Assembly (NCBI RefSeq): GCF_009914755.1
Contig: NC_060930.1
Length of the DNA stretch: 64,000 nucleotides
Origin: the human T2T-CHM13v2.0 reference genome, Homo sapiens
Direction: 5' to 3' (one strand)
Position numbers and translations under genes: made by a program. The first letter of the stretch is position 1. Every line of letters begins with the position of its first letter. Of the stretch, positions 42,718-55,693 are shown piece by piece. Under the pieces are notes generated by a model. That model was not told where the DNA came from and searched no databases. It was given only the letters and a program-made list of their open reading frames with translations.

Positions 42718-43054
42718 TTTTCTAGTCCACTTGGGCAGCTACAACAAATACTTTAGACCAGGTAATTTATAAACAACAGATATTGCTCACAGTTCTGGAG
42801 ACTGAGAAGTCTATGATCAAGGCACCAGCAGGTTCAAGGTCTGGTAGGGCCTCTTTGCTTCATGGTGCCTTGTTACTCTGTCCTCACATGGCAGATGAAA
42901 TGGAAGGGAAAAACAGGCTCTCTCAAGCCTCTTTCTAAGGGCATTAACCCCATTATAATCACCTCACAGAGTCCCAACCACTTAATACCATCACTTTGGG
43001 GGTTAGGATTTCAACATATGAATTTGAGAGGGACACGTACATTCAGACCATAGC
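42718..43054 (-). mobile_element. MaLR LTR (MLT1A/MSTD-like)
   Basis: ctcacagttctggagactgagaagtc...acattcagaccatagca. Confidence 0.8.
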
Positions 43055-43097
43055 AAACATTTTAGCAAGGAACTGAACAATATGAAAAGTAACACAC

Positions 43098-43400
43098 TGC
43101 TGGACACAATGGCTGACATTTGTAATCCCAGCGCTTTGGGAGGCTGAAGCAGGAGGATCACTTGAAGGCAGGAGTTTGAGACTAGCCTAGGCAACATTAC
43201 AGATCCTGTGTCTACAAAAATTTTTCTTAAAAATTAGCTGGACATGGTGGTGTGTGCCTGTAGTCCCAGCTACTCAGGAGGCTGAGGTGGGAGGATCTCT
43301 TGATCCCAGGATCAAGGTTGCAGTGAGCTATGATTGTGCCACTGCACCCCAGCCTGGACGACAGAGCCAGACACTGTCTCTAAAATAATAAATAAATAAT
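43098..43400 (+). mobile_element. AluJ
   Basis: Dimer with gcagtgagctatgattgtgccactgc and a (TAAA)n tail. Confidence 0.92.
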
Positions 43401-43419
43401 TTTAACAGTAACACGTTAA

Positions 43420-44390
43420 TTTGAAAATGAACCAAAAGTCTATTCTAGATTTGGAAAATGCCATAATCAAAAGTAAGAAGCCAGTGGATGAGTCTAAAGT
43501 TTAAAGCCAATGCACAGACACAGTGAAAGAGAAATTATTCAATAAGAAAGTGCATCAGGATAAACTACTCAGACTAGAACACATAGTGACCAAATATGGG
43601 GAATATCACAAAACATAAGAGATATTAAAAGGGTCTAAATTGGTTTACCAAAAATGCCAGAAAAACTGAAATTATCAAATAGGGTAGCGGCAACAATTGA
43701 AGAGATAATGGCTAATAATTTCCCAGAACTGATGAAAAATCAACTCACAGATTCAGAAAGCCCAGTGAATCTTTAGCAGGATAAATAAAAAGATATCCTG
43801 ACCTAAACACATCATGCAAAAAGAGAGTAGGCAGAGTTGAAAAAAATGAACTATCTCCAAAGAAGAAAACACTGACTGATGAATTCTCAAAAAATGAGAA
43901 AGGAAGCCTGAAGACAGAGGACGGACATCGTCAAAGAAGGTGCTGAAATAATGGCCAATACTCAATAATGAAGTGAAAGAAAGACACTGTCATTCAAACA
44001 GTGACTGAAATGGTTTATCATCACAGACTCACACTAAGGGATCTTCTAGAAAATGGGACTATGTTATCATTGGAATGTGGCACCTGAGCTACCTTGTTTG
44101 GTACAGATTCCCCCCAGATTTCCACCTTAGCAAGGGAAAACGACCCTAGATGAAGACAAAGATGCTGGAAGGTAAAGCAAATAAAGAAATATATGAGTAA
44201 GTCTAAGTTAACTTTCACGTTATAGTACAAAAACAATAATGTATTTTGAGTTTAAAATACAGCATTAAAACTCATCAAGATAATACTATGCAAGTTGAGA
44301 TCAGGGTAAATGAAATTAAAAGTATTGTAAGGTCCATTTGAGTGTCTGGGCAAGGATAAAGCTATTGATTAGCATAAGGGTGTGATTAGA
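43420..44390 (+). mobile_element. Old L1M ORF1-region fragment
   Basis: A-rich; gaagagataatggctaataatttcccagaactgatgaaa and attcagaaagcccagtgaatc ORF1 motifs. Confidence 0.6.
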
Positions 44391-44399
44391 TATGGATGC

Positions 44400-46070
44400 A
44401 TTCTGTCTTATCATAAGGAACACTTGAAGGTGGAAACCTTTAAGTGGGAAATAGGGATAATTTCAATTTGCTTTCAAAGGCATCCACCCAGAAGTATTAT
44501 TTAAATATTACCCCATGCATCCTTAACCACTCTCAGACTAAAGGATGCTGTTGTCAGGTTGTAATAAAAAATCTTGTTTAGAGCTATTCTTTTTCTGTAG
44601 TTGGGTTTTGACGGCATTGGCCAGTTCCACAGTACATGGGACAATGTTATCATTGGAAAGTGGGGCATGAGCTACCTTGTTTGGTACAGACTCCTCCCAT
44701 ATTTCCAGTAATCATCATTGATGCAGTCTTTCCCCAGTATCTCAGTAGTTGCATATGATATTGTAGTCTTACGCACCTAAATTGCTCCTTTATAACAAGC
44801 CCCATAATGTGCCAATGTTTATTTGTAAAATACTAAACATCTGCTTCTGTTGGGCTTTTCTTTCAGCAACTCTTCAGAGAATTCCGTTTGGCCTTTTTAA
44901 ACTTAACTTTTTATGTTTTATATATAGATGCCACCACCAGAGTTTTGGTGATTTCATTGCTGTATTACCTAGTGCATCTCTGCAAATAACATTCTCTGAC
45001 TTTAGCATTTTACCACTGATTTGGCTACAAAACTGATGACAGCATATGAAAAGATCATACTTCCAAATAAAGCTGTGAAACTTTTGGCCTTAATTTCTTT
45101 AGAATCACTTTCATCAATATCGCTACATTTACACTATACTACGACATTTAGGAAAGATTCACTGGACTTGATAACTAACAAACAACAACAAAAGGCTAGC
45201 AAACCTGGTTCTACCATCAATACATTGGGGAAATAAAGAAGAAATACGAATTTTACTTCTCTAATCTAGATAATAATATTAAAGTATAAATTTAAAAATT
45301 TGGCTTGGTTAATGTGATGGTTAATATTGAGTGTCAACTGGATTGAATTGAAGGATGCAAACTATTGTTCCTGAGTGTGTCTGCTGCCCGCTGCCAAGGG
45401 AGATTAACATTTGAATAAGTGGACTGAGAAAGGCAGACCCACCCTCAATCTATTCAAGCCAGCATGGCTAGAATAAAGCCAACTGGCTGAGTCTTCCAGC
45501 CTTCATCTTTCTCCGGTGCTGGACGCTTCCTGCCCTCGAACATCAGACTCCAAGTTCTTCAGCTGTTGGACTCTAGGACTTACACAAGTGGTTTGCCAGG
45601 GACCCTTGAGCCTTTGGCCACAGACTGAAGGCTGCACTGTGGTCTTCCCTACTTTTGAGGTTTTGGGACTTGGACTGATCCACCACTGGCTTCCTTACTC
45701 CTCAACTTGCAGATGGCCTACGGTGGGACTTTACCTTATGATGGTGTGAGTCAATTCTTCTTAATAAACTCCCTTTCACATATACATATGTCCTATTAGT
45801 CCTGTCCCTCTAGAGAACCCTGACTAATACAATTAAGATTAAAGTGATTGTAAAAATAAAAGTTATAAGAGAAAATAAATGCTCAAATATTCTTAGATTT
45901 TTATATACTATTTAGTTACTGTTGACTGATTAACCTTAAAATACCATACACAGTATGTGTTTCTATTGCACATGATCAGTTCACAACTAGGAAGCTAGGC
46001 TAAAAAATAACTTATCAGAGATATTAGGGACTGCACAATGCATGGGTGACATATTTCACAGTTCAATTCC
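44400..46070 (-). mobile_element. hAT-Charlie DNA transposon relic with degenerate transposase, interrupted by an MLT2 LTR
   Basis: Minus-strand frameshifted translation gives LGNTAMKSPKL, EILGKDCIND and EIWEESVPNKVAHAPLSNDNIVPCTVELANAVKTQLQ, resembling Charlie/ZBED5/SCAND3-type transposase (MKPSKL...VPLSNDTI). Extent beyond 45830 is less certain. Confidence 0.7.
45313..45831 (+). mobile_element. MLT2A-like HERV-L solo LTR
   Basis: TGTGATGGTTAATATTGAGTGTCAAC...GAGAACCCTGACTAATACA; TSD gttaa/attaa. Confidence 0.9.
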
Positions 46071-46089
46071 AGGTAAGTTAATTGCCTAC

Positions 46090-49000
46090 TTAAAGAACCC
46101 AATAACCTTCAGAAAAGCAAAACAGAATCCAGAGCTGAAGGAACATATTATCTATATCTGGTTTTGATGATGTGTTGAACAGAGCAGAGAAAAACTTCAA
46201 TGCAAGCATTGTAAACAAGTTCACGGAATTAAAACAAAATGTAAAATCAGTGAAGTAACAGACAATCTCAACATAGAAATGGAAACTATTAACAACAGAA
46301 ATCCTAGGACTGACAAGAATGATAACTAAAATAAAATTAAAACAGCACATTAGAAATGACAGAAAAAAAACCCCAATGAATTTAAAGAAAAATCATTAGA
46401 AATTATCCAACCTGAAGAACAGTCATAAAAGACTGAAGATAAATGGATAAAGTCCCAGGGATTCATGGGACAAAATCAAACATACCTAGGTGTGATTGTA
46501 TTCCCAGAAAAAGCAGACAAATACAAAATGGTTAAAAAAATTACTGGAAAATATAATAGCCAAAAACTTCTTAGATTTGAGAAAGAAAAACAAAACATTA
46601 AATCGTACATCCAAGAAGCACACCAAACCCCAAGTAAGAGAAACGCAGCTTACAAAGATGTGTGGTAATCAAACTGCTGAAAGAAAAAGCCAAAGAGAAA
46701 ATATTAAATTAGCAAGGGTAAATAACCCATCACGTACAGTGGGAAAATAATACAGTCAATGACTAACTTCTCATCAGAAACAAGGGAGGCCAGAAGACAT
46801 TGGAATAACTTATTCTAAGGGTTGAAATAAAATACAGACTACTAAGAATTGCATATATAATGAAACTCTCCATCAAACATGAAGGTGAAAAAAAGACATT
46901 TCTAAATAAATAAAAACTGAGAGGATTTGCTAATAGAATACCAATGGTATAACAAATTCTAGAACAAATTACTCAGGCTAAAATGAAATAACACCAGATG
47001 ATAATCATTTAGTAAATATAAAAGATAAGAATAGTGTGTGTGTTTAAGAGCATGTGTTTCTCTTCATTTCTTTGAAAGACATATATTTAAAAAGCAGTTA
47101 ATCACTGTATTGTTAAGGTTATAAAGTGGATAGAGGCTTTATATATGACAATATTAGCACAAAGGAGGTAGTAGGGATTCTACTATATTGGCACAAAGTT
47201 TCTATATTTTACTAGAACAAGGTCAATGTGAAATTAGAGGCTATTTGATTTACGCAAATTGCATATTTTAATCCCTAGAAAAAGTACTAAAATAATAACA
47301 CAAAATATAGAAAAATTTCAATAAATGTATTAAGATTATATATTACAAATGATGTTTAACACACACACACAAATAGGAAAAGCAAAACTCAATGAGATAG
47401 ACCAAAAACAAATAGCAAAATGGCAGATCTAAATACAAACATATTAATTATTGCATTAAATGTAAATGGCCTAAATACTCTAGTCAAATGGCAGAGATTA
47501 TCAGACTGGCTATAAGAGGAAGATCCAATTGTATGTGTTCTACAAGAGATGCACTTCAAATTTAAACACACACACACACACACACACACAGAGATTAGAA
47601 AAAGATACACTATGTAAACAGTAAGCATAAGAAAGCTGGAATGACAATATTAAAGCCAGACAATATAGAATATAAAACTAGGACTATTATTAGAGATTGT
47701 AAAATATACAAACAGGAGTGGAAGTCAATTTAGCCAAACTGGTACTTTGAAAAAAAATCACGTGAAATTGATAAACATTTACCTAAACTGATGAAAGAGA
47801 AGGAAAATAATTAAGATATTATCAATACCAGAAATGAAACAGGAGTACCACTACAGATTCTACAGACATTAAAAGGATGACAAAGGCATATTATAAACAA
47901 TCCTACACCAACAAATTTGATGATTTTTATAAAATAGAAAAATTCTTTGAAAGACATAAATAATCAAAGTTGACACTAACAGATTTATTCTGTGACATGT
48001 TAGGAACGATTTCCAGGTACAAATAACAAAATAAAAGGACCACTTGTGAGAATTTCAAGTTCTCAAATAAATGAACTAAAAATTAAGCATGAGGTAGAAG
48101 ATTCGAACAGATCTATAACATGTAAGTTGAATTAATTATTTAAAATCTTTCCACAAAGAAAAGTCTGATTCTGAATGGCTTCATCATTCATTCTATCAAA
48201 CAATTAAGAAAGAAATAATACCACTCTTATATAGCTCTTGTATAAAACCGAAGAGAAAGGAACACTTCTAATACCAGTAGTGTGCGCTCTCTCTCTTCTC
48301 TCTCTCTCACTTTCACACTCAAACACAAACACTCAAACACTCTCATATACTAAATATTAGTATATTTCTTGACTATAGGTGCAAAATCCTTTAAAAATAA
48401 TAAGCACTTCCAATTTCTGGTCTGATGTGTAAGTAGCTTAGAAATCCTAACAACAAATAAAGAACTGAACATATTGAAAAATCAACAATTCTTCTTAGGT
48501 CCATCAGAGAATTTAAGTGAAATTGCAGGGCAATTTGCTTTCCCACAGTTTGGAGAGATAGACAAACGCATACAGAAATCACAACTTACTGGAGCAGAAA
48601 TTTCATGGGAACTAGTGCTGTTAAGAAAAACTGTATTATTAATGAGATGCTGGAGGTTCACTGTGGACAAATTTGAGAGTTAAGAACTCCAGGGGAGACA
48701 GTCATAGAGGGCCTTCACACTTTTGTGAGTTTTATCTCTAGGGGTCCCACGAGGTCATCACAATGAATATTGGAGAAATACTCCCCCATGCAGGTGGAGG
48801 GAAAATGTAATCCTTTTGTAACATACCAGAGCCTTCTCTTTTTCTCAAAAAGGCCTGCCCTCAGGAGAAACTATTTAATCAGAGCATAACCTTCTGGCAT
48901 TTTATCAGAGCCTACCCTACCTTGGGGGAGAAACATACGCAACTCCAGCCCCCACCAGTACCCTGTCCCACATAAGGGGAGTTACTAAGAAATACTGGTG

Positions 49001-49370
49001 AACCTTACTGTCCATGGCACAGGCTCACTAAAAAACAGACCTAATCATAGGACTATAGAATATTTCCCCTCTCCCTACACCTTACCACCTCATTACTAAA
49101 AGCCTACTTACTGTTGTTCCTTTTACCTAGTACATCATATTCACCTTTTAACAAAAAACTAGAAAACATACTAAAAGGCAAAAAAAACACAATTTGTAGA
49201 AATTGAACTAGAGTCTTATGTTGCAGGTATGTTGGCATTATCAGATAATAGACATGCCTTGCAAGAAATGTTTTTCTCAGAAAACACGATTGCCTACTTA
49301 GAAAATTCTACGATGTTGACAAAAAAAATCTTCTGGACCTAATAAGTGACTATTTCAAAGCTGTAGTTTA
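46090..49370 (+). mobile_element. Fragmented L1M (ORF1, ORF2 endonuclease start ~47440, and a nested L1 5' piece ~48400-49260)
   Basis: ttattgcattaaatgtaaatggcctaaatactc (ORF2 start-like); caacaaatttgatgatttttataaaatagaa. Confidence 0.6.
47566..47590. repeat. (CA)n microsatellite
   Basis: Direct reading. Confidence 0.93.
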
Positions 49371-49371
49371 C

Positions 49372-50130
49372 TTGTATTTTGAGAGCCCCCAGCTAAATTG
49401 GGCTTCCAGGGCATCTGGAAACCGTGCCCTAATGGGAAATGAAGGGGAACTGGACATAGTGTTTTCAGGGTGCCTTTCACATGGCACTGTTACCTGGTGG
49501 AGAGCCTAATGCCCAGCTGTTCTGCCCGTTACTAACGGGATCCCTCACATGGGAAGCTTGTTTATACTGGCAAACGCCCTGTGGCTCTTGTCTGACCAGT
49601 GTCCAGTTTATGCCTGCCCTGGGCTCTTGTCTGATTAGTGTCCAGTTGCTCTGGTACTGGAAGCCTAACCTTCTGTTCTCCCCGGTGTCCAGGGAAAACC
49701 CCAGCCTCGGGCAGCCCCAAGTGCTTTCTTCAGATGGAAGGTGCAAACTCAATTCACCACCACAATAAGAAACTAGTTCAAAGAGTTTACTTACAGATCC
49801 TGGGCAGGGAGGATGTAATGAGTCCAGAGTGCAGTCCTCCATCCCCAGGTCACGCCAGGAAGGAATGGAGGGCCAGGCAGAGAGAAAGGAAAGCCTGTGG
49901 CAATCAGCAGTGTCTATAAGGGAATAGGGTGTGGATCACTTTAAGATTACCGGCAAATGCCTGATTAGTTTGTTTAAAGGAAACAGCGGGAAAGTGGGAG
50001 CCCAGTCCGCTAGGCAGGAGAGATGCCTCTAAGTTCTCATCTCCGGCCACTGGCTTAAGCCATTTGGGTGTGGTATAGAACGGAAACTGTGCCAGGGTTA
50101 GCTGAGTCCTTCCTCTGGATGAGAAAGTTA
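49372..50130 (-). mobile_element. LTR-like insertion (ERVL class, family unassigned) within L1
   Basis: GC-richer block breaking A-rich L1; internal direct repeat ggctcttgtctga..agtgtccagtt twice; reverse AGTAAA-type signal ~49786. Confidence 0.45.
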
Positions 50131-50670
50131 AATTTGCATTCAAAATGGATGCCAAGGAAACATAAAAATTGTAAGAATTCATTACAATCTGGTCAATATA
50201 AGAAATCAAATGCATTTTTATATACTAACAGTGAACATTTGGAAAATGAAATTTTTAAAAATCCATGATTACAATAACAAAAAAAAGAAAAGCGTGCAAA
50301 AATGTGCAAGACTTGAACACTGAAAATTACAGACTACTTCTGAGAGGACTCAAAGAATACCTCCATTTATATGTATGTTCTTGGATTGGTAAATTCAATA
50401 TTGAGATGTTAATTCTCCTATAGTGGTCAAAACAATTACGATCCAACTCTCAGCATACTTTTTTGGAAATTGACAAATCAATTCTAAAGTGTATGTGAGT
50501 ATGCAAGGGACCTGGAGAAACAAAGCAGTTTTCAAAAAAAAGAACGAAGTTGAAAAACTTATAATACCTGATTTTAAGACACATAGTAAAGCAACAATAA
50601 ACAAGATAATGTGGTACTGGTATAAGGATAGACACATAAATCAATGGAACAGAATTAATAATTTATAAAT

Positions 50671-51463
50671 TGTGATGGTTAATATTAGGTGTCAATTTGA
50701 CTAGATCGAGGATGCCTAGGTGGCTGGTAAAGTGGTGTTTCTGGGTGTGTCTGTGAGGATGTTGCCAGAGGAGACTGACATTTGAGTCAGTGAACTGGGA
50801 GAGATAGACCCACCCTCAGTGTGGGTGGGCACCTTCCAACTGGCTGCCAACGCAGCTAGAACAAAGCAGGCAGAAGAAGGTGGAATAAGTCGGCTTGCTG
50901 AGTCTTCTGGCCTTCATCTTTCTCCCCTGCTGGATGCTTCCTTCCATTCCTTCTGCCCTTGGACATCAGACTCCAGGTTCCTCAGCCTTTGGACTCTTAG
51001 ATTTGCACCAGTGGTTTGCCAGGGGTTCTCTGGCCTTCAGCCACAGACTGAAGGCTGCACTGTTGTCTTCCCTGCTTTTGAGGCTTTTGGACTTGAACTG
51101 GGCCACTACTGGCTTCCTACCTCCTCAGCTTGCAGACAGCTTATCATGATGCTTCGCCTTGTGATCGCATGAGCCAATTCTCCCTAATAAACTCCCTTTC
51201 ATGTATATATATATCCATATATATGGATATATATATATAAGGATACATATATATGGATACATATATATGGATATATATATATGGATACATATATGGATAT
51301 ATATATATGGATATATATATATGGATATATATATATGGATATATATATATGGATATATATATATGGATATATATATATGGATATATATATATGGATATAT
51401 ATATTAGGATATATATGTATATATATAATGGTTTTGTCCCTCTGGAGAACCCTGACTAATACG
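50671..51463 (+). mobile_element. MLT2A2/B-like HERV-L solo LTR with an expanded internal repeat
   Basis: TGTGATGGTTAATATTAGGTGTCAA...GAGAACCCTGACTAATAC; TSD taaat/taaac. Confidence 0.9.
51200..51426. repeat. (GGATATATATATAT)n 12-14-mer tandem repeat
   Basis: Direct reading. Confidence 0.93.
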
Positions 51464-51906
51464 TAAACAAACTCATATTTAACATAGTGCATTGATTTTG
51501 AACAAAGAGGGCAAGATAATTCAACAAGTAACAGAAAATCTTTTCAATACATGATTCTAGATTAAATAAATACCTGTATAAAAAAATAAACGTAGAGTCT
51601 TACCTTAAACCATACACAGAAATTAATTACTAATGGATCATAGACTTAAATGTAAGAACTAAAACCATAAAACATCTGGAAGGAAACAAAAGAAAATCTT
51701 CACAATCTTTAGGTAGATAATTATTTCTTAGGACAGAAAAAGCCCAAATCATAGAAGAAAAATGGAAAATTGAACTTCACCGAAATTTTAAGCATTTGCT
51801 TATCATGTAACATTCTTAAGAAAATAAAATGCAAGCCAAAAACTGAAAAAAAATGCTTGTAAAACATACATCTGACAAAGTAGGAAAGCACTTGAGAAAT
51901 TACATA

Positions 51907-51985
51907 TTAGGTTGGTGCAAAAGTAATTGCGGTTTTTGCCATTACTTTCAATAGAAAAACCACAATTACTTTTGCACTTACCTAT
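51907..51985. mobile_element. MADE1 mariner MITE (palindromic)
   Basis: TTAGGTTGGTGCAAAAGTAATTGCGGTTTTTGCCATTACTTTCAAT...CAATTACTTTTGCAC, TA-flanked. Confidence 0.92.
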
Positions 51986-52499
51986 ATCCAGATTGTAGAA
52001 AGAACAATTAAATAATGATAAGACAAACAACTGGGCAAAAGATTTAAGTGGAATCCATAAAAAAAGATATTTGGACTATTAACATGCACATCAAAAGATG
52101 CTCAACGTGGTGATCAGAACAGCTCAAAGCAAATATACCATGAAATAACACTACACACTCACTGGCATAAAGTCAAAAAGATTGGCAATACCAAATATTG
52201 ATGAGGATGCTGAGCTATTAGGACCTTCACACGGTGCATGTGAGAATGGAAAACCATACAGACACTTTGGAAAACAGTGTATCAATTTATTTTAAAATTA
52301 AACATACATTATTTACACAGCCCAGCAGTTCCACTTCTAAAGAAATTAAAACATGTTTCTGCCCAAAGACTTATATGTGTGTGTTAATAACAGCATTACT
52401 CATAAAAGCCAAAAAAAAGATATAATTCAAATGTGTATCAGCTATTAAATGGATAAATAAGACTGTGGTAAATCCATTCAATGGAATCTTAATTTGGTA

Positions 52500-53740
52500 T
52501 ATATATAAAACAGTTCTATATATATTTATATTTATATATTTTATATTTTTATTATCTATATATTGTATTTATTTATAAATTTATATTTTATATATTTATA
52601 TATTTTATTTATATATAAATATATAATATATAAATTATATACAAATTTATCCACTGATCCACCTACTGTTGTGTTGGTTTCACTTCTTGAACATTTCATA
52701 CTAATATAGAAGACATTCTCTTGTGACTAACTTCTTCCAGTAACTATGACGTTTTTGAGATTCATTCATACTGCTGTGGTTATCACTGTTTTTTATATAT
52801 ATAAATATATAAGTATATATATAAATAAAATATATAAATTATGTTTATAAATTTATATATCTTATGTATGTATAAATATATATTTAATATAGTTACATTA
52901 TGTAAATTATAAATATATTGAATATATTTATGTATAAATATATACTTAATATATTATATATGCTATATATATTAAATATGTATTTTTATATATTATATAT
53001 TATATATTTTTATATATTATATGTAATTTATATAAACATATATCTATATGATTTATATATATTTATATATTATATATAAATATATATGTTTATATGAATA
53101 TATATTTATAAAATATATACTCATATAAAATATAAATATATACATTAATATAAAGATATATTTATATATAATTTATATAAAATATAAATATATACATTAA
53201 TATAAAGATATATTTATATATAATTTATATATAATTTATATTTATATATAATTTATATTTATATATAATTAATATATAAAATTTGTATAAAATTATATAT
53301 AATTTGTATATAATTATATATAAGTATATAATTATATATTATGCATTATATTACATATAAATATACAAATAAAATATATATTTATAAATATATAATAAAT
53401 GTATATATTTATAAATATATAAATAAAATATTTTATTTAATATTTATTTATATTAACAAATAAATGAAATAATATATTTATATATAATGTATAATATATG
53501 CTATATTTCGTATAATTTATACATTATATATATTTATATAATGTGTAAATAAATATAATATATAATTATAATATATAAATATATAACATATTATATATTA
53601 TATATAATTTATATATAAATATACATCTATATATAAATATGTAAATAAAATATATATTTATACATAAATATATAAATTTATAAACATAATTTGTATGTTT
53701 TATTTATATATAAATTTATATATTTATATATATATATAAA
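52500..53740. repeat. AT-rich low-complexity region with an inverted duplication
   Basis: Near-pure A/T apart from the 52651-52790 insert. Confidence 0.93.
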
Positions 53741-54367
53741 ACAGTGATAACCACAACAGTATGAATGAATCTCAAAAACATCATAGTCACTAGAAGAAGC
53801 TAGACACAAGAAATTGTCCTCTGTATTAGCAGGAAATGTTCAAGAAGTGAAATCAACACAACAGTAGGTGGATCGGTGGTGGCCTGGAGCCTGGTGAGGG
53901 TCGTGACTGCAGGGAGGCATGAGGTCACTGCAATGCTGTGCACATTTCCCAAAACTCATGAGACTGTACACTAAGCATGGGGAAGCTCCACAACATGTAA
54001 ATTATTTTTCAATAAAGCTATTTTAAAAATACTTCCCACAAAGAAAACTTCAGGCCCAAAAGACTCCAACAGTGAAGTTTATCAAATATTTCGGGGAAAA
54101 AATAACACCAGTCTACCATAAACTTTTTCAGAAAATAGGAGACTAGCATATGCTCCTATGACCCAGCAATTCCACTCCTTGGTATTTCCCCAGGAGAAAT
54201 GAAAGCACATGTACAGTTACATGTTTGCAGCAGCTTCCTTCATAATCAGCCCCAAAGTAGAATCAACCCAAGTGTCCATGAAGGGGTGTGGTCCCTGCAT
54301 ACAGTGGAACACTAGTCAGCTTCCACTGCGATCAGGAGCAAATTGCTTATAAACACGACATTATGGA

Positions 54368-55693
54368 CATCTTAGTTTAGGCTGCTGTAATAGAAATACC
54401 ACAGATCAGGGGACTTAAACAACACACATTTATTTGTCACAGTTCTGGAACTGGAAATCCAAGATTAAGGTGCTTGCAGATTTGATGTCTGGTAAGCGCT
54501 GTTTCCTGGATTTCTGATGGCCACCATCTTATTATTTTCTTACAGGATGGACAGTAGAGGGAGGGAGAGAGAGAAAGAGAGAGAGAGAGAGAAATAGGGG
54601 GAGAGGGAGGCGGATGGGGAAGGAGTGAGGTGGGGGACAGGGAGAGGGAGAAGGAGACCTTGTGCCTCCTCCCCTTTTACATTTCATCCGCAAGACCTAG
54701 TTACCTCCCAAAGGCTCCACCTCCTAATAATGATGCAGGATTTTTCTCAGTCCCTTCATTGTACTCATGAGGGGAGCAAACGTTTACGCGGCCCACCGTG
54801 CTCAATCCCTTGCAGGAAGGAGCATGTGAGCAAGCGAGTGCAGGACCCAGCCAGCTGCTCTGGGCCCCAGCAGGAGCAAGCTCTGTGCAGCAGCGCCCAG
54901 GTAGGGGAGGCAGGTGCCTGCGACCCTAAAGCCCCTGAGGGCATGTTACAGTGCTCTCTTAGTTCTGACATCCATGGATGGTAGTGTATTATCAGTTCAG
55001 TTGGCTCTTTGTCTCATTCTTTGGGGCAGCTGCCCTCTGCCAGCAAACGCAAAGGGCCAGTGTGACAGCCTTTTTTGTGTATCTATACTCGGTGGGTCCT
55101 GAGCTCTTGTCCAGCATCCAAGAAGAATGAGGTCATGTGGACACTTGAAGGGTGGTGAAGGTGGAGAATTTTATTTAGCAATGGAAATGGCTCTCAGCAG
55201 AGAGGGGAGCTGGAGAGGGGGTGGGACAGGCAGGTCATCTTCCCCCAAAGTCAGGCTAGTTCTTCCCTGAAGTTAAGCCATCTCTCCTGTGAAGTCCAGC
55301 TGTCTCTTTGAAGTCAAGTTGTCTCTTTCCAGTCAAGCTGCTTCTCTCTCTAGTCAAGCTGCTTCTCTCCCCTCTACTGACTGAGTCTGGGGTCTTTATA
55401 GACACAGGATGGGGGTGGGGCTGGTCATAGGTAGTTTGGGGAAAGGCAACATTTGATTGGCAAAAGGCATTATCCAGAAAGAACCAATTGGAAAAGAATG
55501 GGCAAACAGGAATAGAAGTTCCCACTTTGGGCTGTGGGTATCAGGATTTTTGGCTTGAAGGTGGGGTTTCACTGGGGACCCACTCCTGTCTGCCTAGACT
55601 TTCTCTGCCTCCTGCCTCTATCAATACCATCACCTTGGGGGCTGGGCTTCAAGCTATGAATTTGAGGGAGACACAAACACTCAGGCCATAGCA
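54368..55693 (-). mobile_element. MaLR LTR (MLT1A/MSTD-like) split by an ERV1 LTR
   Basis: Perfect 5-bp TSD atgga at 54363-54367 and 55694-55698; the halves rejoin as ctcctaata|ccatcaccttggggg. Confidence 0.85.
54731..55623 (-). mobile_element. ERV1 solo LTR (MER52/LTR27 group)
   Basis: Minus strand starts TGATAGAGGCAGGAGGCAGAGAAAGTCTAGGCAG; TG...CA ends; 4-bp TSD ataa/atac. Confidence 0.8.

Larger units (their letters stand above)
50170..54020 (+). mobile_element. L1M ORF2 3' half and 3' UTR carrying MLT2, MADE1 and the AT-rich fold-back
   Basis: aatgtggtactggtataaggatagacacataaatcaatggaacagaat and catacacagaaattaatt L1 ORF2 motifs. Confidence 0.7.

Noticed and set aside
44400-45300. Domesticated transposase gene
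   Set aside because: Multiple stops and frameshifts; a fossil only.
45330-45352. DUX4 site in the MLT2A LTR
   Set aside because: Reads GGATTGAATTG rather than TGATT-type consensus; degenerate in both MLT2 copies.
51199-51492. YIYGYIYMD-type ORFs
   Set aside because: Translations of a simple repeat; the same applies to the GA-rich ORFs at 28362-28667 and the TG-rich ORFs at 39057-39391.
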